A stretch of 64,000 bases of DNA, from the NCBI GenBank assembly GCA_963702005.1, contig OY969696.1:1632001-1696000 (forward strand). Direction: 5' to 3'. Position numbers and translations under genes: made by a program. How positions within the stretch are numbered: the first letter of the stretch is position 1; every line of letters starts with the position of its first letter. The notes below the pieces were generated by a model, which ran no database searches, was not told the origin of the DNA, and saw nothing but the letters and a program-made list of their open reading frames with translations. This document shows positions 57,177-64,000 of this stretch, in pieces. Source of the stretch: Candidatus Aminicenantes bacterium (GTDB lineage Bacteria > Acidobacteriota > Aminicenantia > Aminicenantales > JAFGBC01).

Positions 57177-58475
57177 ATGTCTATATCCCGCCGCAAGTTC
57201 ATTCGGAACGGAGCGCTAAGTGTGGCCTCCCTCGGCCTCGCTTCGAAAAAAATTCTGGGGACACACGACTTAATTCCTGAATTAAGTCGTGTGTCCCCAG
57301 AATTACGGTCCGGAGAGAGCTCTCTTCAGAACATGGTCGCGGGCGTCGTCCCGATCGCTCCCGAGGATTACGAGAAGCGTCTCGAAAGGGCCCGGCGTCT
57401 CATGGCCGACAACGCCATCGACGCCCTGTTCGTGGGCGGCGGCATGAACCTCGTCTACTTCACTAAGGTTTCCTGGTGGCTGAGCGAGCGCCCGTTCGGG
57501 ATGGTCCTCGGCCGTAAGAAGCCGCCCATCTGGATCTCGCCCGCCTTCGAGTTGCCGCGGGCCCAGGAGCTCATCCCCTCCGGCCAAGAAATTCGCGTTT
57601 GGGAAGAGCACGAAAATCCTTACAAGTTAGTTGCCGGGATCTTAGCCGACTTAGGCGCGGGATCGGGCCGGTTCGCCCTGGCCCCCGACCTCCGCTCCTT
57701 CGAAGTCTTCGGCCTGCGGACGAACTGCGCCCCAACCGAAGTCGTCAACGGGGCGGTCGTCACCGAGGGATGCCGCGGCGTCAAATCCGAGAAAGAAATC
57801 GCCTTCATGGACCTTGCCAACAGGATCACCAAAATCGCCTACCGGGAAGGATTCAAGAGCCTCCGCGGGGGAATGAGCCCGCGCGACCTGGCCGGCGCGA
57901 TCGCGGCCGCCCACCAGACGCTCGGGGTTTCGGGCGGCGGCGGGCCCCAATTCGGGCCCAACACGGCCTACCCCCACGGCTCCCAAGTGGCGCGGACGCT
58001 CCAGCCCGGCGACGCCGTCCTTGTCGACGGCGGCTGTTCCGTCGAGGGCTATCGATCGGACATCACGCGGACCGTCGTCTTCGGAGCGCCCTCGGACAAG
58101 CACCGCCGCGTCTGGGACGTCGTCAAGCGGGCCCAGACGGCCGCCCTCCAGGCCGTCCGTCCGGGCGCGACCTGCGAATCCGTGGACCGGGCCGCCCGCA
58201 AGGTCGTCGAGGACGCGGGGTTCGGCCCCGATTATAAGTTTTTCACGCATCGGCTCGGCCACGGGATCGGGATGGAGGGGCACGAATACCCCTACCTCGT
58301 CCGCGGCAATACGCTCAAGCTCGAGCCGGGGATGACCTTTTCCAACGAGCCCGGGATCTACATCTACGGCGAATTCGGGATCAGGATCGAGGACTGCATG
58401 GTCGTCACCGAAGACGGGGGCCGCATCCTGGGCGGCATGTCGGCCGTCTCCCTCGAACAGCCCTTCGGCGACTGA
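57177..58475 (+). CDS. Xaa-Pro peptidase (M24B), Tat-exported; contains in-frame palindromic insert
   Basis: SRRKFI Tat motif; PHG, VDGG...GYRSDITRT, HRLGHGIG..GHE, SNEPGIY, GIRIED. Confidence 0.93.
   Translation: MSISRRKFIRNGALSVASLGLASKKILGTHDLIPELSRVSPELRSGESSLQNMVAGVVPIAPEDYEKRLERARRLMADNAIDALFVGGGMNLVYFTKVSWWLSERPFGMVLGRKKPPIWISPAFELPRAQELIPSGQEIRVWEEHENPYKLVAGILADLGAGSGRFALAPDLRSFEVFGLRTNCAPTEVVNGAVVTEGCRGVKSEKEIAFMDLANRITKIAYREGFKSLRGGMSPRDLAGAIAAAHQTLGVSGGGGPQFGPNTAYPHGSQVARTLQPGDAVLVDGGCSVEGYRSDITRTVVFGAPSDKHRRVWDVVKRAQTAALQAVRPGATCESVDRAARKVVEDAGFGPDYKFFTHRLGHGIGMEGHEYPYLVRGNTLKLEPGMTFSNEPGIYIYGEFGIRIEDCMVVTEDGGRILGGMSAVSLEQPFGD
57251..57304. repeat. Intragenic perfect palindrome, copy 2 (26-bp arms, 2-nt loop)
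   Basis: AATTCTGGGGACACACGACTTAATTC-CT-GAATTAAGTCGTGTGTCCCCAGAATT. Confidence 0.92.
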
Positions 58476-58491
58476 GCGGTCGGTTTCTTCG

Positions 58492-61194
58492 ATGAGGACC
58501 GGGCGGCCGTTTGAGCGATCCGGCACCCGACTCCCGGCGCGTTTCCTCGGATTTCTTGTGGCAGCCTTCTGCGCGGCCGGCCTGCTCGCGGCCGTTCCCC
58601 TTGCGGCCGTCGAGATCCCGCCGCCCAAAACGGTCGCGGCCGTCCGGGCCGCGGGCCCGATCCGAATCGACGGCGTCCTGTCCGAACCGGCCTGGAAACG
58701 TCCCGGCGACGACGCCTTCACCCAGACCGACCCGAACGACGGGGCGGTGCCCAGCGAGCGGACGACGATCTGGATCGCCTACGACGACGACAATCTCTAC
58801 GTCGCGGCCCGTCTCGACGATTCCCGGCCGGCCGGGATCATCGGCCTCCTCGGCCGGCGCGACGACGGAGTCGATTCGGATTGGTTTTACTTCGGGATCG
58901 ATCCCTACCTCGACCGGAGGAGCGGCTTTTTCTTCGGCATCAACCCGGCCGGCTCGATCATCGATGGAACCCTCTACAACGACGTGAGCACGGACGCGAC
59001 CTGGGACGGCATCTGGGAGAGCGCGGCCGGCCGGGACGATCGCGGCTGGACCGTCGAGCTCCGCATCCCCTTCGACCAGCTCCGTTTCAAAAAGCGGAGC
59101 GAGTATGTCTGGGGCGTCAACTTCGAGCGGATCATCAAACGCAAGAACGAAGACGACTTCTTCGCCTGGAAGCCCAAGGAGGAGAGCGGCCTGGTCTCCC
59201 GGTTCGCGACGCTGACCGGTGTGCGGGGAATCAATGCGGGCCGGCCCGTCGAGATCTGGCCCTACGGCATGGCCGGCGCCGGTTTCAGCCCCGAAGAGCC
59301 GGGGAATCCCTTCCGGACGGGGCGCGAGCTTTCGGCCAACGCCGGACTCGACCTTAAAGCCGGCCTGCGGAGCAACCTGACCCTCGACGCCTCGATCAAC
59401 CCCGACTTCGGCCAGGTCGAGGTCGACCCGGCCGTCATCAATATCTCCGATCAGGAAACGTACTACAAGGAAAAGAGGCCTTTCTTCATCGAAGGCGCGG
59501 ACATTTTCCGCTTCGGGACGGGCGGCGCCACGAGCGACATCAGCTTGGGCTGGACTCCGCCCGGCTTTTTCTACAGCCGGCGCATCGGCCGCCAGCCTCA
59601 GGGGAGCGTCAACGCGCCCGGCTTCGCGGACAGTCCCGACTGGACGACTATTCTGGCCGCCGCCAAGATAACGGGCAAAGTCGGCCGGGATTTCAACCTC
59701 GGATTCGTGAGCGCGTTCACCGGCCGGGAATCGGCCGAGCTAGATCTGGCGGGAGTCCGTTCCTCGCGGGAGGTCGAACCCTTCACGTACTACGGCATCC
59801 TCCGCGGTCTTAAGGAGTTCGGCGGAGGCAAGCGCGGGCTGGGATTCATCGCGACCTCCGTCCTCAGGGACCTGGACGGCGGGGAGCTTGAGGCCATGCT
59901 CAGCCGGAGCGCCTTCGCCCTCGGCTTTGACGGGTGGACGGCTCTCGATAAGGCCAACGGCTGGGCTTTGACCGGCTGGCTGGGAGGAACGTTGGTGGCG
60001 GGGAGCACCGAGGCTATGACTAGGCTCCAAACGTCGGCCCTCCACTACTTCCAGCGGCCCGACCAGGATTACGTCCGGGTCGACGAAAGCGCGACCTCGC
60101 TCTCCGGCTGGGCGGGACGGCTTTACCTTAATAAACAAAAAGGGAACGTTGTTTTCAACGCCGAGCTCGGGGCGCAGTCGCCCGGGTTCGAGGCCAACGA
60201 CCTCGGCTACCACGGCCGCGGCGATCTCATCAACGGGCATGTCCAGCTGGGCTACCAGACTTTCCACCCCGGCCGTCTGTTCCGGCGCTGGGTCGGCCTG
60301 CTCAGCTACTACCGGACCCTCGATTTCGGGGGGAATCGGATCGGCGAATACTGGTACCTGGACGGCGAGGCCCAGCTCCTCAACTACTGGACACTCGGCC
60401 TCCATCTGGATTACGAGCCGCCCAAGTACAGCCATTACCTGACCCGGGGCGGTCCGATGGCTTATTATCCCTGGGGACAGACCGAGCAGATCATGATCGA
60501 GAGCGACAACCGGAAGCCCCTGGTCGCTGCATTCCAGGGTCACTACCGGACCCATCCCGATGGCGGCTACAACTGGTCCTTAAGCCTATCTCTGACCTGG
60601 AAGCCGGGGGAGAGGATCAGCCTATCCCTGGCATCCGGCTATACGTTCCGCTACTCCCAAGGGCAATGGGTGACGAAGGTCCAAGACGAGTTGAAGACCG
60701 AGACCTACGGCGTACGTTACGTCCTGTCCGACATCATCGAGAAGACGTTCCCGATCGAGATCCGCGCCAACTGGACCTTCACGCCCCGCCTCAGCCTTCA
60801 GGCCTATCTTTAGCCCTACATCGGGACGGGAGATTACCGGCTGTTCAAAGAGCTGGCCGCAGCCCGGACTTTCCGGTTCAACGTCTTCGGACAGGCCGAC
60901 GGATCGACATTGGATTTCAAGAATGGGGTTTATACGGCGGACCCGGACGGCCCCGGCCCGGCCCGCCCGTTTTCGTTCGCCGATCCCGACTTCAGCCTCA
61001 AGTCGCTCAGGGGAACGATCGTCCTGCGCTGGGAGTACCGGCCGGGCTCGATGCTCTACCTGGTCTGGACCCAGAGGAGGGCCGACGGGAGCGATCCCGG
61101 CGATTTCAGCCTGTGGCGCGATCTCGAGGATCTCTGGGACGCGCCCGGCGACAACATCGTCCTCCTTAAATTCTCCTACCGGTTCCAGATTTGA
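58492..61194 (+). pseudogene. CBM9-like + DUF5916 outer-membrane protein (about 900 aa) with in-frame TAG at 60811-60813
   Basis: IRIDGVLSEPAW, AYDDDNLYVA, WTVELRIPF, INPDFGQVEVD, EKRPFFIEG, FYSRRIG; the same frame continues PYIGTGDY...LRWEYRPGS.LYLVW...LKFSYRFQI. Confidence 0.8.
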
Positions 61195-61318
61195 TGAGTG
61201 GCTGCCGGGCCGGCGACCATCGACCGGCACCGATTCCATTAGCCGATCCGATTGCCGTCGCGGGAGAAATTGAGTACAATAATTCCGGGTGACAGGTCGT
61301 CCGGGAGGTGAGCGTCCT

Positions 61319-62197
61319 ATGAAGAAGGCGCGCTGTTTTCACGTCGTTGGCGCCTCCCTGGCGGCCGGGACGGCCTTGACCTTGCTTTCGGGCGCGGGCC
61401 CCCGGCAATCCGTTCCCGACCAGAGACTGGCCAGAATTCTGGCCATGACGAAAGTCTATTGCCAGCGGCTGGAAAAGGCGGCCCTGGATTTCGTCTGCAT
61501 CGAGGATATCAAGGAAGAGATCTTCAATCTTCCCCAGATCGAACCCGACGTCATCCTGCCCGGCGGGCAGACGACGAGCTGGTCGTTCTCCTACCGGGCT
61601 CCCAGGCGGGGATTCGTCAGGACTTACGTCCATGACTATCAATTTATCCGCAAGGCGGGCCGGAGTGTCGAGAGACGGACGCTCATCAAGGAGGACGGGA
61701 TTCCCAGGAAGGAGGAGAACGCCCAGCTGACGACCCTGACGGTCCGGGTTGAGAACGCCCTGTTCGGCCCGGTCGGCCTGCTCGGAGGGGAGCGGCAGTC
61801 CCAGTACGACTACAAGATCGTCGACGAGGAAACCATCAAGGGCCAAAAAGCCTTCCTTATCGACGCCGTCCCCGGGCCGTCGTTAGCGGGAGCACACTGC
61901 AACGGCCGGATCTGGGTCCTTGAGGAGGACGCCGGCATCATTAAGATCGAGTGGAATCAGACTTCGGTCGGGAATTTCCAGATCATCCGCGAGATCGCCG
62001 AGAAACTGAAGGCCGAGCCGGCCCTGGTCTCGATCACGGAGTACGATGTCGTCAAAAACGGGATCCGGTTCCCGAGCCGCGACACGACGGAAGAATCCTA
62101 TCTCTTAAAAAAGAATAAAAAGTTCGTCCGCTCGATGACGACGATCGTCTACAAGGACTATAAGTTCTTCACCGTCGAAACGGACGTTCGGTTTTAA
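61319..62197 (+). CDS. Secreted hypothetical protein
   Basis: Signal peptide; GRIWV....IIKIE, GIRFPS, YKDYKFFTVET. Confidence 0.75.
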   Translation: MKKARCFHVVGASLAAGTALTLLSGAGPRQSVPDQRLARILAMTKVYCQRLEKAALDFVCIEDIKEEIFNLPQIEPDVILPGGQTTSWSFSYRAPRRGFVRTYVHDYQFIRKAGRSVERRTLIKEDGIPRKEENAQLTTLTVRVENALFGPVGLLGGERQSQYDYKIVDEETIKGQKAFLIDAVPGPSLAGAHCNGRIWVLEEDAGIIKIEWNQTSVGNFQIIREIAEKLKAEPALVSITEYDVVKNGIRFPSRDTTEESYLLKKNKKFVRSMTTIVYKDYKFFTVETDVRF

Positions 62198-62221
62198 CGC
62201 AAGCGGATAAGAGGCTGAGGC

Positions 62222-63322
62222 TTATTTTAGGGTAAGGGAAAAATCGTTACGTCTGAGATATTCGTTTCCCGAATCGTCGGTTTCGACAAAATACATCATC
62301 TTCCCGGAGATAAAGAGCGGAATCTGCACCAGAGTCGTTGAGCCGAAGAACTTGCCTTGAGAGGAAAAGACATCGACGGGGACGGCGCTATCTTCGCGGG
62401 TGATATCCTGGGCGAAGCGAAAAACAAAAACATATTGTGGCGAGATCCGGACAGCCCTGATGAGCGTTTTGACCTCCGGGATTTTTTTTGTGAATTCCCG
62501 GGCGATCGGCCCGGGCCAGCCTCGGGCGGCGACGATATCTCGAATTTCCCGTTCCAGATAGGCCTTCTCCGCGCCGCTGATCTTTCCCGGCCTCACGTCT
62601 CTTTGAACGGACCCGACGATCCGTCCGCTTTCGTCCAGCAGGGTCAGGTCATAAAGGTCGCTGATTCCGACCAGGGCCATTCCTCCGCCATAGCCGAATA
62701 GGAGTTCGGGGACATAGACATCGGAAGAATAGTTGAACCCCACGGCCTGGCCGGTCTCGTCGCTAAGGGTTGTCATGAAGGTATCCATCGGCTGAGTGTG
62801 GAATGTCGCTTTGATATTGTTTTGTCCGTCGACCATCATCTGTCGCCGGCCGGCGGGCTGCCAATCCCAGCATAAAAACCGATCGGGGCCGATATAGCTG
62901 AGTCCTAAACGATCGCCGAGGTTGAGCCGCCTGATAAATGTCCCGGCGGTTTTAAAAAAGGAAACATAGAAATTTTCGAGGACCGCGATTTCGGCCCGAG
63001 TCGTAAAGACGATAAAACTTGGGGACTGGAAATCGCCCGGTCCTTGCCCTTTCCCTCCGAATTTATGGAGCAGCCGGCCTTCGGGGGAAAATTTAACAAC
63101 CTTGAATTCCTTGTCGTCCAGGACGTAGAAAGATCCTTCGCTATCTTCGCAAATCGAGGCGATGGATCCGAAGAATGATTCTTGACGGCCGATTTCGAGC
63201 GACTTCCCGAGATTAATTTCGACCCGTCTTTCCGCCGGAGCGAGGGCGGCCATGAGCCCGAGGAGCGAAAAAATAACAGCCATCACGAATCGACTATATC
63301 GTCGGCCGCGGATCTTTGTCAA
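62222..63322 (-). CDS. 6-bladed beta-propeller protein, secreted
   Basis: DSEGSFYVLD....VKFSPEGRLLHKFGGKGQGPGDFQSP; start could be ATG at 63283. Confidence 0.85.
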   Translation of the reverse strand: MTKIRGRRYSRFVMAVIFSLLGLMAALAPAERRVEINLGKSLEIGRQESFFGSIASICEDSEGSFYVLDDKEFKVVKFSPEGRLLHKFGGKGQGPGDFQSPSFIVFTTRAEIAVLENFYVSFFKTAGTFIRRLNLGDRLGLSYIGPDRFLCWDWQPAGRRQMMVDGQNNIKATFHTQPMDTFMTTLSDETGQAVGFNYSSDVYVPELLFGYGGGMALVGISDLYDLTLLDESGRIVGSVQRDVRPGKISGAEKAYLEREIRDIVAARGWPGPIAREFTKKIPEVKTLIRAVRISPQYVFVFRFAQDITREDSAVPVDVFSSQGKFFGSTTLVQIPLFISGKMMYFVETDDSGNEYLRRNDFSLTLK

Positions 63323-63448
63323 TAAACGCGCCCGGAATTATTCTCCAATCTCGTCCCGGGTCCGGAACCCCGGGACCGGACGGCTTGAGGTTTGACGCCG
63401 GATATGCTCAGATAAGGATATCGTGGAAATCCTAACGAGGAGGCGGCC

Positions 63449-63781
63449 ATGATAATTAAGGATGTCCCCTTTACGGTCACCGATTGGAGCCGTCTCCCGG
63501 CCGTCGAGCATAAGGGGGAGACGGGGGTGTCGGTCTGGAAGACGGTCGAGGCGAGCGGAATCCGGGTCCGGATGGTCGAATACTCGCGCGGATTCAAGGC
63601 CGATCATTGGTGCGGCCGCGGCCATATACTTCTCGTCCTGGACGGAGAAGTTGAAATCATCGTCCTGGGCGGCGACGCCCACATCCTGAGATCGGGTATG
63701 GGGTTCGAAGCCGGGGACGACAACTCCCGCCCCCATCTCGTCCTGAGCTCGAAAGGCGCCCGGGTTTTTATCGTCGACTAG
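63449..63781 (+). CDS. DHCW-motif cupin fold protein
   Basis: EHKGETG, RVRMVEYS.GF.ADHWC.RGH, GARVFIVD. Confidence 0.9.
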   Translation: MIIKDVPFTVTDWSRLPAVEHKGETGVSVWKTVEASGIRVRMVEYSRGFKADHWCGRGHILLVLDGEVEIIVLGGDAHILRSGMGFEAGDDNSRPHLVLSSKGARVFIVD

Positions 63782-63788
63782 CCCGCTT

Positions 63789-63998
63789 TCAATCCCGGGC
63801 TGCCGCCTCCATGAGCAGAAAAAAGGCCTGGCCTTCGGTGGCGACGCCGGGCGCCTCGAACGTCGGCGAACCGCAGACGTTGCGGACGTAGCCGCGATCG
63901 TCGACTTTGGTTTCCGCGGCCGCGCGCATCCTGTCCGCCCGGGGTCGATACGAGACGTCCAGCCAGCCGGCCTTGATGCCGCGGTAGATCGAGTAGGC
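63789..63998 (-). CDS. GH88/GH105 unsaturated glycuronyl hydrolase, C-terminal part (absent from ORF track; 5' end outside window)
   Basis: AYSIYRGIKAGWLD...VDDRGYVRNVCGSPTF..PGVATEGQAFFLLMEAAARD*. Confidence 0.72.
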   Translation of the reverse strand, partial: AYSIYRGIKAGWLDVSYRPRADRMRAAAETKVDDRGYVRNVCGSPTFEAPGVATEGQAFFLLMEAAARD

Positions 63999-64000
63999 AA

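Noticed and set aside
56761-57304. CRISPR array
   Set aside because: Only two copies, ~435 bp apart, inside coding sequence; no spacer periodicity and no cas genes
60811-60813. Stop-codon reassignment or pyrrolysine readthrough
   Set aside because: TAG terminates several clear genes here (ino1, GH172, GH120-like, MgtE-like, cupin); no pyl context seen
63338-64000. 220-aa minus-strand ORF in the track
   Set aside because: Wrong frame; the real gene is the GH88/105-like C-terminus ending at 63789, and this ORF overlaps the cupin gene

Overview
High-GC bacterial chromosomal window from a diderm, probably anaerobic heterotroph. The gene style (Oar-type TonB receptor, many secreted peptidases and CAZymes, 6-bladed propeller, DmsABC) suggests Acidobacteriota/Aminicenantes-like, which is inference only. 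It holds about 44 CDS: ino1 plus a CDP-alcohol phosphotransferase, a TamB-POTRA-Omp85 fusion, CstA/SSS transporters, GH172/GH120/GH51/DUF4091 glycosidases, SecA2, dmsABC with mobA, NRAMP and MgtE-like genes, and peptidases. Three features stand out. (1) An 80-aa membrane leader ORF ending in RSPP lies directly upstream of secA2, and its Pro-Pro codons are the exact 9-nt complement of the secA2 Shine-Dalgarno. This is a candidate SecM/MifM-like ribosome-arrest sensor controlling an accessory SecA. (2) An AT-rich mini-island encodes an HNH nuclease whose stop codon lies inside a foreign-type tRNA-Leu(UAA), next to the 3' half of a canonical tRNA-Leu gene. This is a candidate tRNA-replacing selfish cassette. 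(3) Two perfect 54-56 bp palindromes with compensatory changes sit in-frame, in the same reading frame, inside two unrelated proteins. Four genes carry single-base lesions (2 frameshifts, 2 in-frame stops) that may be assembly errors. All family calls come from motif recognition by eye; no database searches were run.
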